A model generated the notes under the pieces. The model did not search any database, was not told the origin of the DNA, and saw only the letters and a program-made list of their open reading frames with translations. The position numbers and the translations under genes were made by a program. From Macrostomum lignano (taxonomy: Eukaryota), in NCBI GenBank assembly GCA_002269645.1, contig NIVC01002406.1, forward strand, positions 1 through 64,000: DNA of 64,000 nt, given 5' to 3'. Positions 1 to 12,700 of the stretch are shown here, one piece after another (positions within the stretch are counted from its first letter, which is position 1; each line of letters opens with the position of its first letter).

Positions 1-3000
1 ACAGCGTTCGAAAATACGCTCACGGCGTGTTATTCTGCTTCCGTGCACTTGTATTTTGCACGCAGTCAGTTTGTTTAGACAAATAGACACGGTTTAAGCT
101 AGAGGCGCAGTTGCCTTCTAATAACTACACCAAGCAGTCTCGCGCATGCACAGGCGTTCGAAAATACGCTCACGGCGTGTTATTCTGCTTCCGTGCACTT
201 GTATTTTGCACGCAGTCAGTTTGTTTAGACAAATAGACACGGTTTAAGCTAGAGGCGCAGTTGCCTTCTAATAACTACACCAAGCAGTCTCGCGCATGCA
301 CAGGCGTTCGAAAATACGCTCACGGCGTGTTATTCTGCTTCCGTGCACTTGTATTTTGCACGCAGTCAGTTTGTTTAGACAAATAGACACGGTTTAAGCT
401 AGAGGCGCAGTTGCCTTCTAATAACTACACCAAGCAGTCTCGCGCATGCACAGGCGTTCGAAAATACGCTCACGGCGTGTTATTCTGCTTCCGTGCACTT
501 GTATTTTGCACGCAGTCAGTTTGTTTAGACAAATAGACACGGTTTAAGCTAGAGGCGCAGTTGCCTTCTAATAACTACACCAAGCAGTCTCGCGCATGCA
601 CAGGCGTTCGAAAATACGCTCACGGCGTGTTATTCTGCTTCCGTGCACTTGTATTTTGCACGCAGTCAGTTTGTTTAGACAAATAGACACGGTTTAAGCT
701 AGAGGCGCAGTTGCCTTCTAATAACTACACCAAGCAGTCTCGCGCATGCACAGGCGTTCGAAAATACGCTCACGGCGTGTTATTCTGCTTCCGTGCACTT
801 GTATTTTGCACGCAGTCAGTTTGTTTAGACAAATAGACACGGTTTAAGCTAGAGGCGCAGTTGCCTTCTAATAACTACACCAAGCAGTCTCGCGCATGCA
901 CAGGCGTTCGAAAATACGCTCACGGCGTGTTATTCTGCTTCCGTGCACTTGTATTTTGCACGCAGTCAGTTTGTTTAGACAAATAGACACGGTTTAAGCT
1001 AGAGGCGCAGTTGCCTTCTAATAACTACACCAAGCAGTCTCGCGCATGCACAGGCGTTCGAAAATACGCTCACGGCGTGTTATTCTGCTTCCGTGCACTT
1101 GTATTTTGCACGCAGTCAGTTTGTTTAGACAAATAGACACGGTTTAAGCTAGAGGCGCAGTTGCCTTCTAATAACTACACCAAGCAGTCTCGCGCATGCA
1201 CAGGCGTTCGAAAATACGCTCACGGCGTGTTATTCTGCTTCCGTGCACTTGTATTTTGCACGCAGTCAGTTTGTTTAGACAAATAGACACGGTTTAAGCT
1301 AGAGGCGCAGTTGCCTTCTAATAACTACACCAAGCAGTCTCGCGCATGCACAGGCGTTCGAAAATACGCTCACGGCGTGTTATTCTGCTTCCGTGCACTT
1401 GTATTTTGCACGCAGTCAGTTTGTTTAGACAAATAGACACGGTTTAAGCTAGAGGCGCAGTTGCCTTCTAATAACTACACCAAGCAGTCTCGCGCATGCA
1501 CAGGCGTTCGAAAATACGCTCACGGCGTGTTATTCTGCTTCCGTGCACTTGTATTTTGCACGCAGTCAGTTTGTTTAGACAAATAGACACGGTTTAAGCT
1601 AGAGGCGCAGTTGCCTTCTAATAACTACACCAAGCAGTCTCGCGCATGCACAGGCGTTCGAAAATACGCTCACGGCGTGTTATTCTGCTTCCGTGCACTT
1701 GTATTTTGCACGCAGTCAGTTTGTTTAGACAAATAGACACGGTTTAAGCTAGAGGCGCAGTTGCCTTCTAATAACTACACCAAGCAGTCTCGCGCATGCA
1801 CAGGCGTTCGAAAATACGCTCACGGCGTGTTATTCTGCTTCCGTGCACTTGTATTTTGCACGCAGTCAGTTTGTTTAGACAAATAGACACGGTTTAAGCT
1901 AGAGGCGCAGTTGCCTTCTAATAACTACACCAAGCAGTCTCGCGCATGCACAGGCGTTCGAAAATACGCTCACGGCGTGTTATTCTGCTTCCGTGCACTT
2001 GTATTTTGCACGCAGTCAGTTTGTTTAGACAAATAGACACGGTTTAAGCTAGAGGCGCAGTTGCCTTCTAATAACTACACCAAGCAGTCTCGCGCATGCA
2101 CAGGCGTTCGAAAATACGCTCACGGCGTGTTATTCTGCTTCCGTGCACTTGTATTTTGCACGCAGTCAGTTTGTTTAGACAAATAGACACGGTTTAAGCT
2201 AGAGGCGCAGTTGCCTTCTAATAACTACACCAAGCAGTCTCGCGCATGCACAGGCGTTCGAAAATACGCTCACGGCGTGTTATTCTGCTTCCGTGCACTT
2301 GTATTTTGCACGCAGTCAGTTTGTTTAGACAAATAGACACGGTTTAAGCTAGAGGCGCAGTTGCCTTCTAATAACTACACCAAGCAGTCTCGCGCATGCA
2401 CAGGCGTTCGAAAATACGCTCACGGCGTGTTATTCTGCTTCCGTGCACTTGTATTTTGCACGCAGTCAGTTTGTTTAGACAAATAGACACGGTTTAAGCT
2501 AGAGGCGCAGTTGCCTTCTAATAACTACACCAAGCAGTCTCGCGCATGCACAGGCGTTCGAAAATACGCTCACGGCGTGTTATTCTGCTTCCGTGCACTT
2601 GTATTTTGCACGCAGTCAGTTTGTTTAGACAAATAGACACGGTTTAAGCTAGAGGCGCAGTTGCCTTCTAATAACTACACCAAGCAGTCTCGCGCATGCA
2701 CAGGCGTTCGAAAATACGCTCACGGCGTGTTATTCTGCTTCCGTGCACTTGTATTTTGCACGCAGTCAGTTTGTTTAGACAAATAGACACGGTTTAAGCT
2801 AGAGGCGCAGTTGCCTTCTAATAACTACACCAAGCAGTCTCGCGCATGCACAGGCGTTCGAAAATACGCTCACGGCGTGTTATTCTGCTTCCGTGCACTT
2901 GTATTTTGCACGCAGTCAGTTTGTTTAGACAAATAGACACGGTTTAAGCTAGAGGCGCAGTTGCCTTCTAATAACTACACCAAGCAGTCTCGCGCATGCA

Positions 3001-5550
3001 CAGGCGTTCGAAAATACGCTCACGGCGTGTTATTCTGCTTCCGTGCACTTGTATTTTGCACGCAGTCAGTTTGTTTAGACAAATAGACACGGTTTAAGCT
3101 AGAGGCGCAGTTGCCTTCTAATAACTACACCAAGCAGTCTCGCGCATGCACAGGCGTTCGAAAATACGCTCACGGCGTGTTATTCTGCTTCCGTGCACTT
3201 GTATTTTGCACGCAGTCAGTTTGTTTAGACAAATAGACACGGTTTAAGCTAGAGGCGCAGTTGCCTTCTAATAACTACACCAAGCAGTCTCGCGCATGCA
3301 CAGGCGTTCGAAAATACGCTCACGGCGTGTTATTCTGCTTCCGTGCACTTGTATTTTGCACGCAGTCAGTTTGTTTAGACAAATAGACACGGTTTAAGCT
3401 AGAGGCGCAGTTGCCTTCTAATAACTACACCAAGCAGTCTCGCGCATGCACAGGCGTTCGAAAATACGCTCACGGCGTGTTATTCTGCTTCCGTGCACTT
3501 GTATTTTGCACGCAGTCAGTTTGTTTAGACAAATAGACACGGTTTAAGCTAGAGGCGCAGTTGCCTTCTAATAACTACACCAAGCAGTCTCGCGCATGCA
3601 CAGGCGTTCGAAAATACGCTCACGGCGTGTTATTCTGCTTCCGTGCACTTGTATTTTGCACGCAGTCAGTTTGTTTAGACAAATAGACACGGTTTAAGCT
3701 AGAGGCGCAGTTGCCTTCTAATAACTACACCAAGCAGTCTCGCGCATGCACAGGCGTTCGAAAATACGCTCACGGCGTGTTATTCTGCTTCCGTGCACTT
3801 GTATTTTGCACGCAGTCAGTTTGTTTAGACAAATAGACACGGTTTAAGCTAGAGGCGCAGTTGCCTTCTAATAACTACACCAAGCAGTCTCGCGCATGCA
3901 CAGGCGTTCGAAAATACGCTCACGGCGTGTTATTCTGCTTCCGTGCACTTGTATTTTGCACGCAGTCAGTTTGTTTAGACAAATAGACACGGTTTAAGCT
4001 AGAGGCGCAGTTGCCTTCTAATAACTACACCAAGCAGTCTCGCGCATGCACAGGCGTTCGAAAATACGCTCACGGCGTGTTATTCTGCTTCCGTGCACTT
4101 GTATTTTGCACGCAGTCAGTTTGTTTAGACAAATAGACACGGTTTAAGCTAGAGGCGCAGTTGCCTTCTAATAACTACACCAAGCAGTCTCGCGCATGCA
4201 CAGGCGTTCGAAAATACGCTCACGGCGTGTTATTCTGCTTCCGTGCACTTGTATTTTGCACGCAGTCAGTTTGTTTAGACAAATAGACACGGTTTAAGCT
4301 AGAGGCGCAGTTGCCTTCTAATAACTACACCAAGCAGTCTCGCGCATGCACAGGCGTTCGAAAATACGCTCACGGCGTGTTATTCTGCTTCCGTGCACTT
4401 GTATTTTGCACGCAGTCAGTTTGTTTAGACAAATAGACACGGTTTAAGCTAGAGGCGCAGTTGCCTTCTAATAACTACACCAAGCAGTCTCGCGCATGCA
4501 CAGGCGTTCGAAAATACGCTCACGGCGTGTTATTCTGCTTCCGTGCACTTGTATTTTGCACGCAGTCAGTTTGTTTAGACAAATAGACACGGTTTAAGCT
4601 AGAGGCGCAGTTGCCTTCTAATAACTACACCAAGCAGTCTCGCGCATGCACAGGCGTTCGAAAATACGCTCACGGCGTGTTATTCTGCTTCCGTGCACTT
4701 GTATTTTGCACGCAGTCAGTTTGTTTAGACAAATAGACACGGTTTAAGCTAGAGGCGCAGTTGCCTTCTAATAACTACACCAAGCAGTCTCGCGCATGCA
4801 CAGGCGTTCGAAAATACGCTCACGGCGTGTTATTCTGCTTCCGTGCACTTGTATTTTGCACGCAGTCAGTTTGTTTAGACAAATAGACACGGTTTAAGCT
4901 AGAGGCGCAGTTGCCTTCTAATAACTACACCAAGCAGTCTCGCGCATGCACAGGCGTTCGAAAATACGCTCACGGCGTGTTATTCTGCTTCCGTGCACTT
5001 GTATTTTGCACGCAGTCAGTTTGTTTAGACAAATAGACACGGTTTAAGCTAGAGGCGCAGTTGCCTTCTAATAACTACACCAAGCAGTCTCGCGCATGCA
5101 CAGGCGTTCGAAAATACGCTCACGGCGTGTTATTCTGCTTCCGTGCACTTGTATTTTGCACGCAGTCAGTTTGTTTAGACAAATAGACACGGTTTAAGCT
5201 AGAGGCGCAGTTGCCTTCTAATAACTACACCAAGCAGTCTCGCGCATGCACAGGCGTTCGAAAATACGCTCACGGCGTGTTATTCTGCTTCCGTGCACTT
5301 GTATTTTGCACGCAGTCAGTTTGTTTAGACAAATAGACACGGTTTAAGCTAGAGGCGCAGTTGCCTTCTAATAACTACACCAAGCAGTCTCGCGCATGCA
5401 CAGGCGTTCGAAAATACGCTCACGGCGTGTTATTCTGCTTCCGTGCACTTGTATTTTGCACGCAGTCAGTTTGTTTAGACAAATAGACACGGTTTAAGCT
5501 AGAGGCGCAGTTGCCTTCTAATAACTACACCAAGCAGTCTCGCGCATGCA
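1..5550. repeat. 150-bp tandem satellite, 37 essentially identical monomers (array runs off the left edge)
   Basis: Monomer CAGGCGTTCGAAAATACGCTCACGG...CAAGCAGTCTCGCGCATGCA recurs every 150 nt (151, 301, ... 5401). All six frames of the monomer contain stops, so it is non-coding. Confidence 0.99.
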
Positions 5551-6010
5551 CAGACGAGCTTACGGCGTGTTTTGCATCTTTTTTGCGGTCGAAATATTTC
5601 TTTATGAAGTAAGTACGACAAAGACAATAGACACGGTTGAATCTAGATTCGATGGTACATATCAATCAATGCAGCAAGTAGCGTCGCGAATGCGCAAGTG
5701 TTTGAAAAGAAGCTGAGAAACGTGTTTTTTCGCTCGCGTTTTCTGGTCGTTCATTGCAGGTATATTTTACAGGCAAATTGACACAGTTTACGCTTGAGGC
5801 GCAGCTGCGTTCTAACAACTACAGCAAGCAGTCTCGTGTATGCAAAGGCGTTCGAATTTACGCTTTTGAGTGTTATTGTGGTTCTGTATACCTGTACTTT
5901 GCAGGCGGAAAGAGGCCTAGGATAAAAAAGACACAGTCTAAGCTTGGAGGCGCAGGTGTGTTCTAGGAAGTTTTGCATGGAGTATTGCGCATGAGCAGGC
6001 GTTGGAGAAA
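5551..6010. repeat. About three degenerate satellite monomers at the array edge
   Basis: Diverged matches such as GACACAGTTTACGCTTGAGGCGCAGCTGCGTTCTAACAACTACAGCAAGCAGTCTCGTGTATGCAAAGGCGTTCGAA (about 5780-5856) align to the monomer. Confidence 0.85.
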
Positions 6011-7128
6011 GTCGCTAGCTCGTAGTAAGTCAGCATCTCGGTTTTTACTCTTCGAGTAGTGCTTTGAGTGCCGAAATGGAATTGAGAAATAGTTGAGTTA
6101 GTTGGTCTGTTAGTTGAAGGTCGTGGTGGAAGTACATTCACTGTGTTGTGGCGACATGAGCGCGGGTCCATGAGAATTTCCCTCAGACAAATTACCTGTC
6201 GAGTTTGTCTCTGCTGAGTTTTTCCCGCAGTTAATTTTTTCGCGAGTGAACTGCCCGCTTTGCCTTATCGTTGCCTTCCAATGCTCACGGTCGAAGTGTT
6301 AATAAAGAGATTAAGCTACATGACATATGCATGAATGAATAGCTCAAATGTAGCCCTGTTGGCATAGGCAAATTGCACTGCGGGCAATTTTCATGCTCTC
6401 CATGAGCGCATTGGGTTGATTTGCCGAACTTTGTCAGCTGTTGTACGTAGCTATTGCAATCCGATTCAAATGCAACGCCAAAAACGTTGTTAATAGTGGC
6501 AGAGATAAAATGTCTTGAACATTTAAATAACATGAACATGCTCGCGGAGAAAACTTTACTTTGTACGAAAATTTTGTACGAGAGAAAACTTAAATGTTGT
6601 GGTTTTTATGCAGTAAGTAGCCTTGGAAAACATCACACGATTCAAGTTAAATGTGAATTTATGTACGCTATTATTGTTTGTTAATAAATAAACCAAACAG
6701 CTTTAGAGCGAGTCTTTTCTTTTTAGTAAGTTCGCACCGCTTTGAGTAAGTTTACTTTAGGTCTTGGAGCGTGGAAATAATTACTTCATATTTTGACGCT
6801 TATGTCGGCAAAATGTATTTAAAGGGAATGAAACGCGGACATTCACGAATAATAGTGTAAAGCTGATGGAGTGTATGAGCTGGTAACACAGGAAAATATG
6901 AATTTAAAGTATAGCAAAGCTATTCAGACCGACGTTATAGAGAGTTTATGGACAATAATCTGTATTTCGAAATTTTGAAAGGAAGCTTTAAAACCATCTA
7001 AGCGTGAATTTTTAAAGCATATAAATATGAAGTTACTTATACAAGCATATCTTTATTCTAAAATGGAAGTGGTACAAATGAAATATAACAGCATTCTTAG
7101 CAGAGCGTAGTCGTGTACGAAAGAGCAG

Positions 7129-7293
7129 TTAGTCAAAGTTAAAAGTGCAGAATGACGGCTCGGGCGCTTGTGACTGTGGAATAATTCTCTCAACTTTACT
7201 TACTATCATGCTGTAATGCAGAGAGCCGTATGATCGACTATCGAGGGACTCATTGGCATTGTCTCCTTGCAGCCATACTGCGTGCTTTGGAAC
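7129..7293 (-). CDS. IMMP1L: Mitochondrial inner membrane peptidase subunit 1 (peptidase S26), last coding exon
   Basis: Acceptor ttttag| at 7294, phase 0; translates VPKHAVWLQGDNANESLDSRSYGSLHYSMIVSKVERIIP...FD* (TAA 7131-7129), the IMP1 VPxGHVWxEGDN..SxDSRxYG box; AATAAA on the minus strand at 7057-7052. Confidence 0.9.
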   Translation of the reverse strand, partial: VPKHAVWLQGDNANESLDSRSYGSLHYSMIVSKVERIIPQSQAPEPSFCTFNFD

Positions 7294-8080
7294 CTAAAAG
7301 GTAGAAGCAGCAAAGGAGGAAATGTGAATGTACCCACAAACACCTGATAGAGTTCATATAGCGCTAAAAAGCTGACACTCTTCCTTCGATTGGGCTCGCC
7401 CACAGATATGCCAATAAAACACTAGTGTCAACTCGCTATAAAAGAGTGGTCTCGCTCGATTCCACACGTTTGTCGGTTTTTCTGTCTGTCTAGCTTTCTG
7501 CCTATCTGTCTGATGCTCATAGAATATACCAATACCATAGACATTCTGAGGGTAGAAGTATGGAGAATCCGAGGGCCGCGAAGCGGAGAAATGGCCCGAG
7601 GATTTCCATCTTTCTTTCCTTTCTTCCCGAAGGTCTATGATACCGCTATTCCTACCCTAATTTGCAAGGGCAGGCAGAAACGCCATTTCTTGTCCGGTCT
7701 ATGGTAAATCCATACTATTTGAGTGTGAATATTTTCGAATTTTCATTTCCTGCCCGCTGCCGATGTCTATGGTAAAATTCACGAGTTGATGCTTCGTATA
7801 CACCTCAAGTTAACTGTAATTTCAGTTTCTCTGCTAAATCTTGTGAATTGTACGAGTATTAAACATACAAGTGCCAAATGCCTCTCCTTGATTTAAAATC
7901 GATTCACGGTCGATTAGCGGTTTGCATCATGACGAGATGGATTTCTTAAAGTTATTCGCTGGCCGAGGACGGGACGATTCATTGACCGTTCCGGGATTGC
8001 CTGTTCCGGGTGTTGGAGCCAGCAGAGCATTGGAATTGGATGCTCTACTGGAAGATCTGGCGGCATTCTCAAAGTATCAT

Positions 8081-8593
8081 CCGTTATTAAACTCTAAATT
8101 CGCGCCAAAACACGGGAAAACGTGGAAAACGAATAACAAAAAGCAGATATAACATGAAGTAGCAATGCATAGCAAGAAGTTGTTTGTCAAGCATGTTTTT
8201 AAACATGTACATGTAGTTTAGCATGGATAATAGTGGCTTAATCCAGTACAGAAGGTTCCCAAATGCGTTTTGTGGGTTCTGCTTCCGCAACAAGAACTCC
8301 TCCAGATGAGAGTTTAAAAAAAGTGCGGCACTTGTTCCACGCATGGCACGGAAACGAGCATTGCAATGGGCCCATGTGCCCTCAATTATGTTGGTGTGGA
8401 CATATGGGTCCTGGGAATCCACAAAAATTCAAAAGATGGTTGACAACAGCGTGATTCTGGAGCTGATTGTAAGCTTGCAAGACGTCGGTTAAAATCTGTT
8501 TACCGGGAGAAAGTAGCGATTTATTTATCTTTTTTGTTATTCGTTTGCCACGCCCTCCCGTGCTTTGGCGCGAATTTAGAGTTTAAGGAACGG
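8081..8593 (-). mobile_element. 513-bp insert with about 72-bp imperfect inverted repeats enclosing a Merlin/IS1595-like transposase C-terminal fragment
   Basis: IRs 8081-8152 and 8521-8593 (CCGTT..TTAAACTCTAAATTCGCGCCAAA.CACGGGA). Minus strand 8510-8230 reads ILTD..AYNQLQNHAVVNH / VDSQDPYVHTNIIEGTWAH..RGTS..LNSHLEEFLLR, the ISXO2/Merlin D..E region, frameshifted. No 8-9 bp TSD seen. Confidence 0.75.
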
Positions 8594-9785
8594 TTTTTGA
8601 AGAATCTTGCAGATTTATCATTTGAACAAGCTCACGTGTGAAGACAAGGAAGCACGTTGCACTGCTTAAGAAGTTTCTGCAGTCCAAGGGTCTTCAGGAA
8701 AACATCAAAAGCATGCCAGAGCGATATCTGGTGCAATACCAGATACTCTGGTTTGTTTCTCTTAAGCGTAAAAACGGAATTGTTTTTAATTGTTTGACAC
8801 TGTTGACAGTGTCAACAGTCTGGTTGGATTTCGTGCCAGCATTCATCGCTATTTAAAACAGGAGCGCGAAATTGAGGTAATTGGGAACCTGTGTTCCTCG
8901 CCTTCGAGCGCACGTACAAAAGCAATGCTATCTGATTCCGTGAAGGCTGCACGTGTTGTTGGAGAGGACACTAGATTCCGCCAGATTGAGGATGTTGACA
9001 AGAAACTGGCTGAGTACTTCGACCGCAGCAATCCGACGAAGCTGCAGGATGAGGTATTTTTTGCATTGCCTGGCACTTTGGATTTCGGGGCCGCGAGTGG
9101 ATAGGAGATTCGGCACCTGATGCTTTCGTGTTTGGCGTTGAAGGCGACAAAAAGTGTTGCTCTTTGAAGATTAGTGGCAAAGAGAAGACTACGAATGCTG
9201 ATAATTCAGCAACAAATAAGCAAATCAAAATGTATGCTACTAACAGCAAGGAACATTTTCTAGTTGCTGCTGTCGCCTGTATGACATTTCTGCCAGTGGA
9301 CTGCAAGGTTTCCGAGACCTTTGGCCAAGTTTCCCCTGGAAAATGGTACAATCCTTCGCAGGTGAATGAAAAGAACACTCTAAACGACATGATGGCCAAC
9401 ATCTCTATGCGTGCTGGACAATCTAACAGGTATACTAACCACTGAATCAGACCTATACGGTGGTTACATCACTGGTTGATAAGGGAGTTTCTGTGCAAGA
9501 CATTCAGGCTGTACTGGATGTAGGCAGCGCCTACTATCGTGTGTGTTGGGGGGTTGTTAGCGGCTGCGCCACGTGGCTCTGCTAGCTCAACCCTTATGCG
9601 TACAATATCAAATGTGCATGGTGCGACTTTAGCCACCATTCTGACTCAGCTAAATAATCCAATAAATATACTGATCGTTATTATTCTCGCCTGCAAGCTT
9701 TCGGCAACTATCGACTACAACAAGCAGTCTAGCCTCGTTTCACTCACTACAGTGGCGTCGCAAGCAACCGCATCCAGCGCAGGGC

Positions 9786-12700
9786 ATGGCCACAAATTAC
9801 ATCGCTCTACCGCCCCCCGAACCATTTGTCATATCCGACGACCCTCACAACGCTGGCAAGCGTTGGCGCGAATGGGCAGCGCGCTTCACAGACTTTATCG
9901 AGGCGTCCGGAGTTGCAAATGAGAACCAGAAGTGCAAGCTGCTCTGCTACACTGCCGGAAAGGAGGTCTCTGATATCGTTCGCGAGCTACCAAAGGTTGA
10001 AGGCGAAGAGAAGGAACATACATTGGCCAGCATCTTCGACGGACTGAAGCGCCATTTCGACGACAGGAAAAACATCGTTTTCGCGAGATACCAATTTCGC
10101 CTGTGCGTCCAACAAGCCGGTGAGAAAATCGAGGCCTGGCACAGCAGACTGCGGGCGGCAGTCGAACCGTGCGAATTCGAAAACCTGCGGGACTCGCTCA
10201 TCCGGGACCAGCTCGTCGCGACGTGCACATCCGACAAACTGCGCAGACGGCTGCTCCAAGAAGCAGACATTACGCTGGAGGATGCACTGCGGAAGGCCAG
10301 AGCATTCGAGGCTGCGGAAGAGCAGGCTGCTGAGATGGAGAAGACCACCGACGCCCAGGTAGCTAGCCTGGCCAGGAGCAGCAAAACAGCGACAGACAGA
10401 CGCGGACCCGCCAGCGAACCGAGATCAAAGCCGAGCCAGATGAACACCTGCTACCGATGCGGCGAGCGCGGCCACGCCACCTGCGACGCAGCCAGGGGCA
10501 AGATCTGCAATAACTGCGGTAAGCCAAATCACCTGGCCAAGGCGTGCCGTCAATCGCGCTCAGCCGGCAGCAGAGCCCGGCAGCAGATCCACACCAACGC
10601 AGACTGCACGGTCCCTGACGCCGTCGCCAGCGAAGACGTGTTCACCCTGCACAGAAACGGCACCTACCCGGCTGAGGTCTCGCTGAAATTCCAAGTGGGA
10701 AGTCGGCAGCTCTCGATGATGATCGACAGCGGTGCCAGCTGCAGCATTATGAGCAGCCGCACTTTCAAGACGCTCAATCGGCCTCACCTGCGAACTCCAG
10801 AGTCGGAAGTCAGAGTCTATGGCTGCTCTGCACCACTCAACATCTTCGGAATCGCCGACCTGGAAGTTCGCGTCGGAGCAGTCAGCACCGTCGTGCCCTT
10901 CCACATCATGGATGGCGATGGTCTCACAATACTCGGTCGCGATCCCGCATTCAGGCTCGGTGTTCTCAAAATTCAGCGTCCGGAGTTCAATGCGATGGAA
11001 GCCGTGAATTCGAACAGCGACTCGGCGCGTCCGTCACCACAGCTTCAGGACATTCTACACCGGCACAAAGCGGTCTTCGAAGGCATCGGATGCATCAAAG
11101 ACGTGCAGGTCAGAGTGCAGCTGTCAGACAACGCCGTGCCAGTCTGCCACGCGCCATCCCGGGTGGCGGCGCACCTGAGAGCAGCCGTGGTGGATGAGCT
11201 GAAGGCACTGGAGCGGCAGGACATCATCGAGTCAGTCAAGGGTCCCAGCGCCTGGGTGGCACGCATGGTCGTGGTGCCCAAGACCGATGGCGGCGTTAGG
11301 ATCTGCCAAGACCTTCGCGACCTGAACGCCTTCGTGGTCCCCGAAAAGCAGCAGATTCCGACCCTGGACGAGGTCACCGAGGAGATGTCCGGAGCCAAGC
11401 TGTTCAGCGAACTGGACATCCGGAAAGCCTTCTACCAGATTCCGGTGCACGAGGACAGCCGCCATCTCTTCACGTTCAGCACGCCGCTCGGACTGATGCG
11501 ACTCAAGAGGCTGAGTATGGGCTTCACCAACGCTTCGGAGATCCTTCAGCGGGTCATGCTGGGCATCCTCAGCGGCATCGACGGTGTCAGGTGGGTCCAC
11601 GACGACGTCATCGTCTACGCCGCGGATGCCAAGCAGCACCACGACAGACTGGACGCCTGCCTTCACCGCCTCCGCGAATTCGGCATCACGCTGAACAAGG
11701 ACAAATGCAAGTTCGCCAAACCGGCTGTTGAATTTCTCGGGATGCACCTGTCAGCCAAGGGCATCCAACCAGTTGCTGAGAAAATCCGCGCGGTGCAAGA
11801 CTTCCGGCAGCCCGCCAATGTCTCAGAAGTTCGGTCGTTTCTCGGCACCGCAAACTTTCTGGCGAAATTCATCCCAAGATTCGCCGACGTGTCAGCCCCG
11901 CTGCGCCATTTGACCAAGAAGGGCCAGCCATGGGAATGGACTGCCAGCCACACTGAAGCATTCAGCACAATCAAGAAGGCCATCGCCGGAGCCGACACGC
12001 TGGCGTTCTTCGATCGCAAGCGGCAGACGGAGCTTCTGGTGGACGCATCTCCCATCGGTCTCGGCGCCATCCTCACCCAGAAGCAGCCAGACGGCAGCAG
12101 CAGACCCGTGGCCTATGCCAGCCAAGCTCTGTCGCCAGTGGAGCAGCGCTATGCTCAGATCGAGCGGGAGGCGCTGGCCATTAAGTTTGCCTGCCTGAAG
12201 TTCGAGCATTATCTGGCAGGCGACCCGAACTTCACCGTCGTGACGGACCATCGACCTCTTGTGCCGCTCTTCAAGCCGGGGTCCCGCCCTCCGCAGCGCA
12301 TCGAGCGGATGGCCCTCCGCATCCAGCACCTCCGTTTCACTTTGTTGTACCGGCCGAGACCTGCCAATCGGGCCGATCTGCTGAGCCGCCAGCCGCTACC
12401 GGAGCTCAGGCCAAACATCGGCGAAGTCATCGATGCGGCATTCGTCAGTGCCGTGTCAGCAGGTGCCGTGCCAAAGGGATTCAGCCTTCAGCAGATCCGA
12501 GACTCTTCAAGGACTGACACGGAGATCCAGGCTGCGCTCAGCGCGATCAAAACCGGCAGCTGGAACATGCTCGACCCGGTGCAAAGCGCACTAAAGTCCA
12601 GCAGCAGCGAGCTTTCCGAGAGCGACGGAATTCTGCTCCGCGGAGATCTCATCGTTGTCCCCGAGTCGCTGCGGAGACCGATACTGCAGCTGGCCCATAC

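Noticed and set aside
1-5550. CRISPR array or repeat-protein gene
   Set aside because: No unique spacers, monomers are contiguous, and all six frames contain stops.
6010-7000. Short ORFs next to the satellite (one with a CxxC)
   Set aside because: No recognisable domain or splice structure.
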